A stretch of DNA of 59,956 bases, the filler included. It is 5 parts of 5 records of this genome, joined end to end, with 100 filler letters (N's around TTAATTAATTAA, not from the genome) between each part and the next. Parts side by side here need not be neighbours in the genome. Positions count along the whole stretch, not along the records: positions 23,036 to 43,951 come from DRR723986_10877; positions 44,052 to 59,956 come from DRR723986_10881; 3 more parts are not named here. The stretch is one strand, 5' to 3'. The translations under genes and the position numbers were made by a program. Numbering within the stretch: position 1 is the stretch's first letter; the number at the start of each line of letters is the position of its first letter. A model generated the notes under the pieces. That model made no database searches. It saw only the letters and a program-made list of their open reading frames with translations, and was not told where the DNA came from. Of the stretch, positions 38,155 to 52,299 are shown piece by piece.

Positions 38155-39063
38155 GTGAAAATAGCCATCCTCTCACGCAATGAAAAACTATATTCGACGC
38201 GACGTCTCATTGAGGCGGGCACAGAACGCGGACATGACATTAACCTATATAATCACCTTGATTGCAATCTGGTGATCCAACAAAAAACACCGACAGTTTT
38301 GTATAGAGGCCAGGACGTCACAAATGTGGATGCAATTATTCCACGAATCGGTGCTTCGGTAACATTTTATGGTGCGGCGGTCGTGCGCCAGTTTGAAATG
38401 GCACGTGTATTTAGTGCGGTGGAATCTCAGGCGCTACTGCGCTCGCGCGATAAACTACGCAGTTTACAAATCCTTTCGCGCGCGGGGCTGGGCCTGCCAA
38501 AAACCGTGTTTACAAATTATACGAAAAATGTCGACGACCTTCTGGATGAGGTCGGTGGCGGAGCCGTAGTTATTAAACTCCTGGAAGGCACGCAGGGCCT
38601 GGGTGTAGTTTTGGCAGAAAACCGCAAGGCTGCCAAATCCGTCATCGAAGCGTTTCACGGCTTAAAAGCACGAATAATTGTGCAGGAGTTTATCAAGGAA
38701 GCCGGTGGAGCCGATGTCCGTGCTTTTGTCGTCGGCGGAAAAGTCGTCGGCGCAATGAAACGCCAGGCGGCCGAAGGTGAATTTCGTTCCAATCTGCACC
38801 GCGGTGGCACTTCACAAGTGATTAAACTGAGCCGAACCGAAAACTCAACAGCACTCAAAGCCGCCAAGGCAATGGGCCTGGGCGTGGCCGGTGTTGACAT
38901 GTTGCGTTCATCGCGTGGCCCTCTGATTCTTGAAGTCAACTCATCCCCAGGCCTGGAAGGCATTGAAAAAGCTACGGGCACCGATATTGCCGGAACCATT
39001 ATTGAGTACCTGGAAAATAATGCCGGTAAAAAACGCGTGCAGAAGGACAAAGTTAACGCTTAA
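38155..39063 (+). CDS. rimK: RimK alpha-L-glutamate ligase
   Basis: [58 protein letters not shown]. Confidence 0.95.
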   Translation: MKIAILSRNEKLYSTRRLIEAGTERGHDINLYNHLDCNLVIQQKTPTVLYRGQDVTNVDAIIPRIGASVTFYGAAVVRQFEMARVFSAVESQALLRSRDKLRSLQILSRAGLGLPKTVFTNYTKNVDDLLDEVGGGAVVIKLLEGTQGLGVVLAENRKAAKSVIEAFHGLKARIIVQEFIKEAGGADVRAFVVGGKVVGAMKRQAAEGEFRSNLHRGGTSQVIKLSRTENSTALKAAKAMGLGVAGVDMLRSSRGPLILEVNSSPGLEGIEKATGTDIAGTIIEYLENNAGKKRVQKDKVNA

Positions 39064-39138
39064 ACTCACTTTGAAGAATTCGTGGCAATTCGGCTAGCTT
39101 TCCTGGGGCTACTACGGACGTAACAATGAGCGATACGC

Positions 39139-40086
39139 ATGCAACACTTTGAACTGAACGGCATGAGAGTGCACAAGGGCGATAAAGTACAACTCAACCT
39201 TGGAATTGCACGCCTGCCTTCGCGGACACCAATTGAAATGCCGATCTTCGTACATTGCGGCATGCAAGATGGGCCGACTCTTCTGTTGCTGGCCGGCATG
39301 CATGGTGACGAGATCAACGGCATAGAAACTCTACGCCGCATGATTAAACACGATCTGTGCTCACCGCAATGCGGCACTATCGTTTGCATTCCAATTGTTA
39401 ACGTGTACGGCTTCATTGCGTTTTCGCGCGAAGTGCCCGATGGCAAAGATGTTAACAGGTCGTTTCCAGGCTCCGAAAAGGGCTCACTGGCCAGTCGGAT
39501 TGCACACACGCTGGTAGATAAAATCCTACCGAGCATCGACCTGGGCATTGACTTCCACACCGGTGGTGCCAGCCGCACAAACTACCCGCAAATTCGCTGT
39601 GTGATGGATGACGCGAGCAACTCAAAATTGGCCCATGCCTTTCAACCGCCATTTATTATTAACTCGCCTCTGCGGCCCAAGTCCCTGAGGCAAACAGCGG
39701 CAAAAATGGGCAAACCGATCATCGTTTTTGAAGGTGGTGAATCACTGCGCCTGGACGAAACTGCAATTGCCGAAGGAATTGCCGGAGCGCGGCGCGTAAT
39801 GGCACATCTGGGAATGATAGACCACGCAGATGAATCGGCACACACCACCACCGTCATCAGCCAATCCAAATGGCTGCGCGCCCGCAACGCAGGACTGTTT
39901 CACTCAAAGGTTGCATCGGGCGAAGAGGTTAAACAGCGGCAGGTTGTCGGTGAGATTACAGACCCATTTGGCGATTTCACCATTAAACTTCGCAGCCCCA
40001 TAAATGGCTATGTTATTGGCCTGACAAACAACCCGGTCGTGCACCAGGGTGATGCTTTGATCCATATCGGATCACGCATGGATTAG
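39139..40086 (+). CDS. Succinylglutamate desuccinylase/aspartoacylase (M14-like) family deacylase
   Basis: HGDEING, DVNRSFPG, DFHTG, FEGGE and a C-terminal barrel-sandwich tail. Confidence 0.9.
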   Translation: MQHFELNGMRVHKGDKVQLNLGIARLPSRTPIEMPIFVHCGMQDGPTLLLLAGMHGDEINGIETLRRMIKHDLCSPQCGTIVCIPIVNVYGFIAFSREVPDGKDVNRSFPGSEKGSLASRIAHTLVDKILPSIDLGIDFHTGGASRTNYPQIRCVMDDASNSKLAHAFQPPFIINSPLRPKSLRQTAAKMGKPIIVFEGGESLRLDETAIAEGIAGARRVMAHLGMIDHADESAHTTTVISQSKWLRARNAGLFHSKVASGEEVKQRQVVGEITDPFGDFTIKLRSPINGYVIGLTNNPVVHQGDALIHIGSRMD

Positions 40087-40106
40087 CACGCCACTAACAA
40101 CATTAC

Positions 40107-40604
40107 TTAGGTTTTGCGCGCACGCACGGTAGAACTGTCAGCAGCTTCTGCAGTTTGGGCAGCGCCGTGTGACAGGTTAACTTTAGCAACATCAACTACA
40201 AAGCGGCGGCGCAGCAGGCGTTTGCCGAGCAGCACCGGATAGGTCATTTTTTCGCGATCCGACAGAGTAAATTCCGTTTTCCATTCTTTGCCAAACAACT
40301 TAACATACGTTGTAATCACATAACGATATTCGGTCGAACCAAAGGAGCTTTTAATCTTGCGCTCCTTAAAATTCTTAGTCGAATACTCACGCCCATTATA
40401 CTCGTCATGTGAAGGGTCGAGCAAGGTAAAAACTATCCAGGACTCACCGTTAACTTCACGCACACGCACACGCCGGCAGTGAATGGCAGAGGTGTCGGCG
40501 CCGGTATCGATTTTACAGGGCAAGCCAAACAGTTCGAGTTCGGGCAGATCCACCACATCGCGATGCCCGATAACGAGCTTTTCTTTTGGTTTCTTCTTAC
40601 TCAA
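40107..40604 (-). CDS. RimK-associated retropepsin-like putative protease
   Basis: KIDTGADTSAIH, IKSSFG, FTLSDREKMTYPVLLGKR. Confidence 0.88.
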   Translation of the reverse strand: MSKKKPKEKLVIGHRDVVDLPELELFGLPCKIDTGADTSAIHCRRVRVREVNGESWIVFTLLDPSHDEYNGREYSTKNFKERKIKSSFGSTEYRYVITTYVKLFGKEWKTEFTLSDREKMTYPVLLGKRLLRRRFVVDVAKVNLSHGAAQTAEAADSSTVRARKT

Positions 40605-40877
40605 AGTGGCTACGCCTCAATATTAACAGTTTTGATGAACAGAATTGGCGGCTCAATTTTTTGGCACGCCACACGGCAATCTAGCACCAAAGAAGCATGC
40701 ACACAAGTGGTCACCACGGAAATTGTTAATCAGGTCCGTTTTTTCGGCTTCCTGCCGGTCGCCGCAGTAACGATAGGGGTTTTATTACAGCCCTTTTTGT
40801 TAGTAATTATGTCCTTGGATTAAAGCTGTTGAGATATCGCACAGAGTTGAGACCTGCAGCACAACAGACTTAGCCAT

Positions 40878-40985
40878 CGGCTGCGCGACGTGAGACTTCA
40901 GTCTCAAAGCCGCGAGGCGGGACTAACAAGAGACCTCAAAAGAGCTAGCCAAAATGGAGTAAAACGGAATGCAGGGCGCGGGCGA
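40878..40985 (+). repeat. Dispersed ~110-bp repeat, copy 2
   Basis: Aligns with 30051..30163; identical 23-mer at 40934-40956; internal hairpin TGAGAC-TTCA-GTCTCA. Confidence 0.85.
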
Positions 40986-41160
40986 TGCTGCAAACGCGTA
41001 CGAAGTCAGTTGGCAGAAAGTAACATTTGTATATATTGGGGTGTCGCTCGATTACATCCCCCCAGATAGTACATTTCGCATCTAATTTCGTGATATTGGC
41101 ATGCTGCTAAACAGCCTGTGAGTCACGTGACTATTTGTCCATTTTTCTTACGGCCTTACC

Positions 41161-43951
41161 ATGAGATTCACATTCTACACAACAGCTACTATAATGAGAT
41201 GTACAAGACCTAAACACACCTGGCGCGGCGCTGTCCGAGCCCTTTTTGTCCTACTATTTTGCACCTTGACGCACCTGCCGCTGTTAATGCAGGCACAGTC
41301 CTTTCCCGGACGCACGGTTTATGATTTGACTCCCAAGCAGCACACAGTACTAACCGCCAGTGCCAGCAATGGAGGTTTTCTCTACCTTGCCGGCCGCGGA
41401 TCTGATTTTTGCGGTCCAAACAATTTTGTGGCGCGCATGGATAAAACCGGCCAAGAGGCCGGCAACACTTTTTCTGCGGGCTTAACAATTGGGATACCGA
41501 GTCACATACGAATTTACGGCGAAGACCTATATGTAGCCACAATTCGCGATTTCCCGATGCTTGATGGCAGCCCCAAATTCACCGAGATTATTAAATTGGG
41601 ACCAGCAGCCGAAGAACTACAATGGCGGACCCCAATTGAAGAATACCGAATCGACCAGGCACCACTTGAATTAATAGAGCTTAATACAGACTTCCTGCTC
41701 GTGTACGTGCGTGCAGCCGAAGGTGGAATAACCGTCCTTAATTTGATTAACAAAAACGATGGCAGTATCCGCGCGACACGTGAATTTATCACGGGAGTCG
41801 ATGGCGGCCTGCACCCAATCGTAGTTAATGAAACCGTAAACATTGCAGTCAACCTTGGTGACCGGATAGTGGTTTTGGACGGGACGGATTTAACTTTGAA
41901 AACCCTGCTCTGGACGGCCGACGCACAGGATATAGAGGGTGTTGACAGCTTTCTTTCCCTCATCCCATTAGAGAATGAGAATGTATTTTTTGTTTCACGT
42001 GGTGGAGTGACGCATGAACTAGACGGTGTCAGCGGCGAACTAACGAGAAGCGTTCCAATGCAGAAGCCCTACGCCAGCGCAGAGCCGGCAGCAATACTGG
42101 GCGATTGGCCTTCCGTCTATTATGCCTGGGCTCCTATAAAAGAGTCAGACCATACTTTTCGTGTATCCAAAGTATCTTTGGGCGGCGGTCACTTTTGGAC
42201 ATCTACACGTCCAACAGGTGGCCCAACAAGTGGCTCTCCAGAAAAATACCGCACCCTGATTCGAGATCTGAATGGTGATATTGCCGTAGCAACCGTTGTA
42301 AACGGTTCTGAGGTTCGCGCCATGAGATTCACAGATTTCAACGGCCTCGACATCACGTATGGCAAACTTAGCGGGCAAGGAAATTCAATGGGCTTGCCAC
42401 ACATTAACCTCGTCGATGATGAGCTTGTCTTCTCTGCTACTGACGGCGGTGAACTCGGCAATGGAACATTTAACTTGATCACTTCTGCGCGGCGGAAGAT
42501 GAATGGAATTATTATTGGCACTCCGTTTACATTCGGCGGCAATTATAAAGTTAGTGCCTATATTAAAAAGATGCTACCTTTTGGCCAAACCTATGTAGAG
42601 TTAATTCAGGCGGGTGCTAATGTAGAAGTCATTATGCATGGAGTGGATAAAACAGGCGACATCTGGCGTACAGTGATGCCGAAGTTCGGCAATATAGACG
42701 AAGCCGTCGCAATCGCAGTCAGTGAAGACAATAATATATGTGTGCTTACACGCTCGGCAGCCCTAAACCTGATTGAGGAAGAAGGGAAGCAGGCGCGTTT
42801 CCAAACAACGTACGACATTGGCAAGCTGCACTTTTTCTATTTAAACAGTAGTGGACAGATACTGAAGGCGCATACCGAGGAATTTCAAACACAAGGGGCG
42901 GCACGCGTTGAGTTAACAAGTGCCGGCTCTGACTTTTTCGCAACAATCAGAGGAAGGTTTGAACAGGAAGGGTATTACAATCTGATAAAGTTCAACAGTG
43001 AGTCTGTTAGTCGCATGCCGATGTCTCTGGGCGATCCGGAGATTCACTTTGGTCCGCGCATGCTTCCGGTCGGTCAAAACCTGTATGCCGCCGGTGCAGC
43101 GAACGTAGACGGCACCTGCCACATCAACGCTATAAACACAGATGTCCTCACCCAGGGGACAATTCTGAAGTTGATGGATTGTGATGACATTTATTACTCG
43201 GTAAACAACGGGAACAGGGCGGCATTTTCTGGATGGTGGAAAGAGCCGGGGACATCATACGCCACTGGTCAGGTGTTCACTGTTAATCTTGAACGTGGTG
43301 AGCTGCTGTGGCGGCAAGAGCTGGAACAGTTCGGTTATGTGCGAATGTTAAAATTCGACGAAACAAACAACAAAGTCTATGCGCTGGGAATCCACGACTA
43401 CCAAACGGACGGTGGTTTCAATTATGTGTTAACATGTCTGAGTGCTGATGACGGAACAATCGAATGGACGGCAACGCGCGACACCTCGCAGTCGGAACGG
43501 TTTGCACCAATGGATTTTGAGATATTTCCAGACCGCATTATCGTGGCGGGTTGGTATTACGATCTACCAACCGATGAGCGCAAACGCTCCTATGTAATGG
43601 CGATTGACAAACAAGGTCAAGAAATTGAATTTAAGATTCTGCCTGACGAGCAAACTGTAGAGCTGTTCGTGACACGCAGAGGGGATTTACTGCACTCGAC
43701 GCGCTGGCGGGCCAATCAGTCAGATTGTTTTATTAGCGGACGCGCACGTGTTACTGATATCGCGGTCAGCGTTGCCGAGCCTGAATTGCAGGTGGCGGGA
43801 GCATTAAACATTTTCCCCAATCCTGCCGATGGTGCCTGTTCTCTTGTTTTCCCCGGAGTGTCGGGCGCGAAGTATTCGATCGTCGTGCGTGACCTGCTCG
43901 GCCGCCGAGTCTTTGAGACTGCAGCCAGACTGCAAGACGCCGAGGCTGGAT
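41161..43951 (+). CDS. Large secreted T9SS cargo protein (probable beta-propeller), cut by contig end
   Basis: Signal peptide ending MQAQ, beta-rich body with PQQ-like GELLWRQ / DGTIEW motifs, CTD starting LNIFPNPA...DLLGR. Confidence 0.75.
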
Positions 43952-44051
43952 NNNNNNNNNNNNNNNNNNNNNNNNNNNNNNNNNNNNNNNNNNNNTTAAT
44001 TAATTAANNNNNNNNNNNNNNNNNNNNNNNNNNNNNNNNNNNNNNNNNNNN
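43952..44051. other. Artificial contig linker
   Basis: N-run/TTAATTAATTAA/N-run, 100 nt. Confidence 0.98.
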
Positions 44052-44252
44052 CCGGCCATCCATCATTTCAGGAAACCCGGTGATCTCGGCCACGTCTTTT
44101 ACCTCAAGACCAGCCTCACGCAGGGTTTTGGCAGATCCGCCAGTGGACAAAAGTTCAACGCCACGCGCAGCGAGAGCCTTGCCCAGGTCGATCAATCCGG
44201 TCTTGTCGGAAACGGAAAGTAGCGCGCGGCGCACGGGATGAAGGTCGGTCAT
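44052..44252 (-). CDS. purH: Bifunctional AICAR transformylase/IMP cyclohydrolase, N-terminal fragment
   Basis: [29 protein letters not shown]. Confidence 0.95.
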
Positions 44253-44273
44253 GGCTCTGGGTCCTCTTGCGGA

Positions 44274-46013
44274 TCAGTCGAATTCGGGTTCGTCCCGGTT
44301 CAGATCGCGAATAGCAACCGCAGTGTCCTGCGCCTTACTCAGCGACCACCGGATGCGCGTCGCATACTCCATTGCTCGCCCAGATAGAACAATCTGTTTA
44401 GTCGCACGTGGCTTTAATCGTGTTTTTTCTAAGTAAACGCTTGGCTCAAGGGACAATTTAAATTGTCCATCATGGCGAAATACCCAGATTTCCCCGGATT
44501 TAAGCGCCATCGACACCGCTGCACCGCCAAGATCAACGGCTGCATCCACCTCGGGGTGTAGGTGCAACCGCACATCGAATCCCACGCCGGTCAGGACCGT
44601 GGCATCCATCACCTTGCTAAACCGACGCTTGGCCGCATCGTCCATCGCCAGCAACATATCCTCACCCGCAAGGCCCCGCCCATCCAATGTAAGTTCCAGC
44701 GTTCGGGCGTGGGTCAGGCCAAACACCTTGGAATAGCCATCATGACCACCCTGAAACCGATGCCCGTCGCTCACATCCGACATTTCGACGGGAACATGGG
44801 TTGGCCCCTCTACAAGCGCCTCCAACCCCGACAGGCGTGTCGGCTCGGATAGACGCGCACTGGAATAGCCATCCAAACAGAGAGTCGAATGCGATGGGGT
44901 GGCTCGCCCCGCGCGTCGCCATTCTGCGCCAAAGCTTTCGCCGGACCCGCAGCTTACGATCAAGGGACGACGCCCAGACGTGAGTTCAAAGGCCAAAGTC
45001 GACGCGTGCGCATTGTACGACGCATCCCCTACGGGAGGCAGGCTGGCATCGATAATGACGCTTGTGCGTCCGCCAAACAAACGCGCATAGCCCATCGCCA
45101 ACCCGTCAGATCGCGTGGCTTTGACATGGCTTAGCGCCAGCGCATGATCCAATCGCCCCTCTAACCCGCGCCCACCGCCATGAAAGCGCGCAAGCCCACC
45201 TTCGGCATGGCGCAGGACCCGCAAAGTGGGCGCGATACGGTTGATCGCGGCAGAATGCGCCGGGCTGATGCCCCGCCCCGCTTCGTTCAAAGCGGACGCC
45301 GCCCACGTCAAAAGCGTGAACACCTCCAGCAGCTCTTCGGGGTTGCGGGTCGAAATCCCCCCCTGCGCGTCTATCTCACGTTCACATTCCAAAGCCAAAG
45401 CGCGCACAGCGGGGTCGGCCAAACCCTCCAGCCCTTCGAGCGCGAGGCCCGCGTAAATCAGCCCGGTCAGCGCCTCGAACCGGGGCAAACCCGGTTGCGT
45501 GCTCTGCCATCGTTTCGAGAGGAACCATGTCTGCTGCGCCAATGAGCGGAAAAACGCCTCGCTCTGGGCGCTGTCGGCCCCGCGCAGCAAAAACAGCGCG
45601 TGATTGATCCATCGAATGATTCGACGACCTGTCAGTTCCGGGGTCCAGCCCGGACCGCGCCCATTGCCGTGTTTCTCAAGCCAGCTCCAAAGCCAGGCCT
45701 GTGCCTTTGTGCGGGCGCGGATGTCGCCCACAGCGGCCAAATCATCCAGCCACACAAACCCCTGCTGTTCGACCTCAAAGGCCATGTTCGGCGCTTCGAC
45801 ATCCCACAAAACGCTATCCCAGGATTCAACAAGGTACCCAGCAAACATCAGATTGCCCGCCACCAACTGCCGCCCACGCGCAAACGACCCCACGGTGCGA
45901 GGTTCGGGTTGGGACACAAAGGCTGTGACTGTTTTCTGGCGCTGGCTCAGGCGCGCATAGAGACGGTTCTGAAACCGCGACCACGTATTGGAAACTCTGT
46001 CAAAGCGGGACAT
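44274..46013 (-). CDS. Heparinase II/III family protein
   Basis: Conserved alphaproteobacterial gene upstream of purH; HASTLAFELTSG, RATPSHSTL, HDGY. Confidence 0.85.
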   Translation of the reverse strand: MSRFDRVSNTWSRFQNRLYARLSQRQKTVTAFVSQPEPRTVGSFARGRQLVAGNLMFAGYLVESWDSVLWDVEAPNMAFEVEQQGFVWLDDLAAVGDIRARTKAQAWLWSWLEKHGNGRGPGWTPELTGRRIIRWINHALFLLRGADSAQSEAFFRSLAQQTWFLSKRWQSTQPGLPRFEALTGLIYAGLALEGLEGLADPAVRALALECEREIDAQGGISTRNPEELLEVFTLLTWAASALNEAGRGISPAHSAAINRIAPTLRVLRHAEGGLARFHGGGRGLEGRLDHALALSHVKATRSDGLAMGYARLFGGRTSVIIDASLPPVGDASYNAHASTLAFELTSGRRPLIVSCGSGESFGAEWRRAGRATPSHSTLCLDGYSSARLSEPTRLSGLEALVEGPTHVPVEMSDVSDGHRFQGGHDGYSKVFGLTHARTLELTLDGRGLAGEDMLLAMDDAAKRRFSKVMDATVLTGVGFDVRLHLHPEVDAAVDLGGAAVSMALKSGEIWVFRHDGQFKLSLEPSVYLEKTRLKPRATKQIVLSGRAMEYATRIRWSLSKAQDTAVAIRDLNRDEPEFD

Positions 46014-46093
46014 GCTATCTGCCTCATACGCTCTTTGGCGTTTGAGACAGACGATAGCCCGAGTTGGTCACTGAGTCACCGATGAATAATTGG

Positions 46094-47359
46094 CTAGGTC
46101 TCTTTATGCAGTCGGGCCATGTAAAAGCCGTCCATTCCGCCCTTGTCAGCCCAATAATCCGGCCGCAGGCGCAGCCCGCCTTCTTCGGTGATCCAAGTGG
46201 GGTCAATGCCGGGCAATTCAACAGCGGTGCGGTCTATGCGCATGTCCGGGAACATATCCAAGGCTTCTTCAACCTGCACTTCGCCCTCATCCGGCAGCAG
46301 CGAACAGGTGCAGAAAACCAAACGCCCGCCCGGCTTTAGCAAATCCCAAGCATGGGCCAGCATCCGGGTCTGCAATTCGATCAGTTCGCCAAATTCAGAC
46401 CCATCCTTGGCCTGTGGCAAATCGGGGTGACGGCGGATGGTTCCGGTGGCGGAACAGGGCGCATCCAGCAAGATCGCATCATATTGGCCCTGATGTTCCA
46501 GCGCATCGCCCACAACAAGGGTGGCAGTCAGACCGGTGCGATCCAGGTTTTCCTGAACCCGTTTCATCCGGTTTTTAGACACATCCAGCGCGGTGACCTT
46601 GGCCCCTGCGGCCGCCATTTGCATGGTTTTGCCACCCGGCGCAGCGCAGAGATCCAGAATTTCTTCACCCGCTTGGGGGGCCAGAACCTGCACAGGCAAG
46701 GCGGCAGCCGCATCCTGCACCCACCAATCACCCGACGCATACCCCGGCAATGCGGACACCTGCCCAGCGTCGCGCACGCGCACAGACCCTGTTGGCAGCA
46801 CCTCGCCACCTAGAACGGTCGCATCCGCACCCGGCTTGAATGACACATCCAACGGCGCACCAGCAAACTGGACCTGTTCAATCGCCAGCATCGCCTCGTT
46901 CCCCCAAGCCTGAGCCAGCGGTTGACGCAGCCATTTGGGCAATCGGGGCGCGCGCAAAGCCGCCCAGGCAGCAGGCCCATCGGCCGCGATCTTGCGCAGA
47001 ACCGCATTCACCAGCCCTTTGAGCTTGCCGTAGCGTTTGTTCTTGGATGTGATCTCGACCATGGAATTCACCACCCCATGCGCAGCCGCCCCTTGGCAGA
47101 GTTCAACCGTACCAACCCGCAAGGTGTTGTGAACCGTCAGAGGTGTTCCCTTTTTCAGGTGCTTTTGCAGCAGGCGGTCCGCCCGCTCCAAACCCCGCAG
47201 AGTCTCCACAGCCAATCGCTGAGCGCGCGCCCGATCTTCGGGTTCCAGACGGTCCAGCGCCCCTGCGGCCAGACATTCGGACAACAACCGCCCTTCGCCC
47301 AGAACCTGATCCAGCAGGTAGATCGCACTGCGGCGCGCGTTGGTTGCACTGTCTGACAT
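46094..47359 (-). CDS. rsmB: RsmB/NOP-family RNA m5C methyltransferase with NusB-like N-terminus
   Basis: WWVQDAAA, DLCAAPGGKT, LLDAPCSATG, CTCS. Confidence 0.85.
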   Translation of the reverse strand: MSDSATNARRSAIYLLDQVLGEGRLLSECLAAGALDRLEPEDRARAQRLAVETLRGLERADRLLQKHLKKGTPLTVHNTLRVGTVELCQGAAAHGVVNSMVEITSKNKRYGKLKGLVNAVLRKIAADGPAAWAALRAPRLPKWLRQPLAQAWGNEAMLAIEQVQFAGAPLDVSFKPGADATVLGGEVLPTGSVRVRDAGQVSALPGYASGDWWVQDAAAALPVQVLAPQAGEEILDLCAAPGGKTMQMAAAGAKVTALDVSKNRMKRVQENLDRTGLTATLVVGDALEHQGQYDAILLDAPCSATGTIRRHPDLPQAKDGSEFGELIELQTRMLAHAWDLLKPGGRLVFCTCSLLPDEGEVQVEEALDMFPDMRIDRTAVELPGIDPTWITEEGGLRLRPDYWADKGGMDGFYMARLHKET

Positions 47360-47449
47360 TGGGTCGGCTCCTGACCTGTGGCTATTGCCCACCTTGTCTA
47401 AGGGGGACGCGGGCGTATATCACGGTTCAGCGATAAAGGAACCCAAACC

Positions 47450-47632
47450 ATGACCGACTCGGCCAAAGATCTGCCCCCCGCCGCCCAGCGCGCCCTAGAC
47501 GAAGCCGCCGCCCGCCGCGCCGAAGCCGAAGCCCGCGTTGCCGCCATGCCAAAAGAGCTGGGTGGCCGCGAGGGACCAGAGCCGGTCCGCTATGGCGATT
47601 GGGAGAAAAAGGGCCTCGCTATCGACTTTTAA
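47450..47632 (+). CDS. DUF1674 (SDHAF4/Sdh8-like) small protein
   Basis: ELGGREGPEPVRYGDWEKKG..IDF. Confidence 0.9.
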   Translation: MTDSAKDLPPAAQRALDEAAARRAEAEARVAAMPKELGGREGPEPVRYGDWEKKGLAIDF

Positions 47633-47736
47633 GTTGATAGTTGCGCGGGGTTGCCTCTTGCGCGGCTGGTCGCCAAAGTCCCTAGATTATTCAGGGGCAG
47701 CCAATCCCGTTTGATTGGGCGACAAAGGAATTTCCC

Positions 47737-48891
47737 ATGCGCAGCAGTGGACCAGATGTTCAAACGATATCCACCGGGCTTGTGGTTGCAATCGTTGGGT
47801 TTTTCAGCTCATTTCCTATCGTTTTGCAAGGGCTCGTTGGCGTAGGTGCAACTGACCTACAAGCCGCATCCGGCCTTATGGCGGCGTCAATTGCGATGGG
47901 GGTATCAGGCATCGTTCTGTCCCTGTGGAAGAAGCAGCCAGTCAGCGTCGCATGGTCGACACCCGGCGTTGCCCTGCTTGCCGTATCGCAAACGCCTGAG
48001 GGTGGGTTTGCTGTGGCCGTGGCCGGTTTTATTCTCGCTGGCGTCTTTACCGTTCTCGCCGGGTATTGGCGCCCTCTGGCCCGGTTGATTGCGGCGATCC
48101 CAGCCCCCTTGGCCCAAGCCATGTTGGCTGGCGTTTTGCTCTCGCTGTGCATTCAGCCGTTTCAGGCGTTGGCCGATTCTCCGGCACTGGCATTGCCGAT
48201 AATCCTGACTTGGTTTGTCGTGTCACAATTCCACAAACTTTTCGCGGTGCCTGCTGCGGTTGTTGTCGCTGCATTGGTCATCATTGTGCATTCGGATTTT
48301 GTGATCCCGCTGAATGATCCACTGATCGCTGCCCCTGTCTGGATCATGCCCGTCTTTACTTGGGAGGCCGTGACCAACATCGCACTGCCTCTGTTTGTCG
48401 TGACCATGGCCACACAAAACATTCCGGGCCTCGCAGTGTTGCGCAGTTTTGGATACCAGCCCGCCCCCGGTCAATTGGTCGCCTCGGTCGGCGGGGCAAG
48501 CATCCTGTCTGCACCATTTGGGTCTGCGGCCACCTGCCTTGCCGCAATCACCGCAGCGATGTGCGCCAACGAGGCCTCGCACCCAGATCCGGCGCAGCGG
48601 TATTGGTCTGCTGTCATGGGGGGCGTATTTTATTGTGTCTTGGGTGTGTTTGCAGGCGTGATCACCAGCTTTGCAGCCCTTGCTCCGCAGGCCGTTTTGG
48701 GCACTGTCGCCGGAATCGCCTTGATCGGAGTATTTGCGAACGCGACCTTTGCCACGCTCGAAGACCCCACCTATCGCCAATCTGCCGCAATCACATTTCT
48801 TGTGACCGCCTCGGGCATTTCGATGTTCGGGCTCAGCGCTGCGGTGTGGGGCTTGGCAATCGGTGGCGTGGTTCAGATTGTGACAAACCGG

Positions 48892-48909
<18 letters not shown>
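47737..48909 (+). CDS. BenE-family (benzoate/H+ symporter-like) transporter
   Basis: AWSTPG, LAQAMLAG, TMATQNIPG, LAAITAAMC, FLVTASG; highly hydrophobic. Confidence 0.88.
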
Positions 48910-51574
<2,665 letters not shown>

Positions 51575-51578
<4 letters not shown>

Positions 51579-52243
51579 GCGCGCCCGAGTATATCTTCGA
51601 GGCCAGCTCCAAACCCTCGCTGCCGTGGCACGAGGTGCCCCTGATCCGAGCCACTGATGCCTCGGTCAAAGGCTATGGCTGTCTGGTCGATGACCCTGAC
51701 ACGTTTGAAATCGAAATCGCGCGTTGGCCTCAGCAAGGCTGGCGCCCCATCGACGAAGGCACCGGTGACGAGGCCGGTTGGGTCGAGGGCACGTTCAAAT
51801 GTGATTGGCGCGGCGATGTGCTCTATGGGGAAAACGAAGCGGTAAATGGCAACTATGTGCTGGGTTGGTCCGCAGATCCGCAACAGGCGCGGATCGCCGA
51901 CCAAACCGCGCCGCGTGATCAGGTGCTATTGTGGCATATGAACTATCACCCCGATGGCGGACAGATGTTCTGGCCGCTGGACAACAAGCCGTTCATCGTT
52001 CCGGCTGCGCTGCCCGGTGACAACCTGACGCCCGACAAGGTGGTCGCGTTTTGGTGCGACGGCACGAGGGGTCTCTATATACACCCCGGCATCTGGCACG
52101 AGGGGATTTTCCCGGTGCAAGATCAGCAGCGGTTTCTGGACCGGCAGGGCAAAGTGCACGCCCGCGTCAGCGCCGATATTGGCAAAGAATTTGGTGTCTA
52201 CCTGTCCTGCCCCTTGCGCGCAGACAAGGTCAAAGACCTGTAA
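51575..52243 (+). CDS. Ureidoglycolate lyase-like cupin protein
   Basis: NYHPDGGQMFWP and YIHPGIWH resemble AllA-type cupins. ATGA overlap with tmpB. Confidence 0.6.
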
Positions 52244-52247
52244 AATC

Positions 52248-52281
52248 AAAACGCCCGGACATTTGCCCGGGCGATTCGTTT
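52248..52281. terminator. Hairpin between convergent genes
   Basis: CGCCCGG...CCGGGCG inverted repeat with a flanking A-run. Confidence 0.55.
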
Positions 52282-52299
52282 CTCAGCTATCGACAGGCT

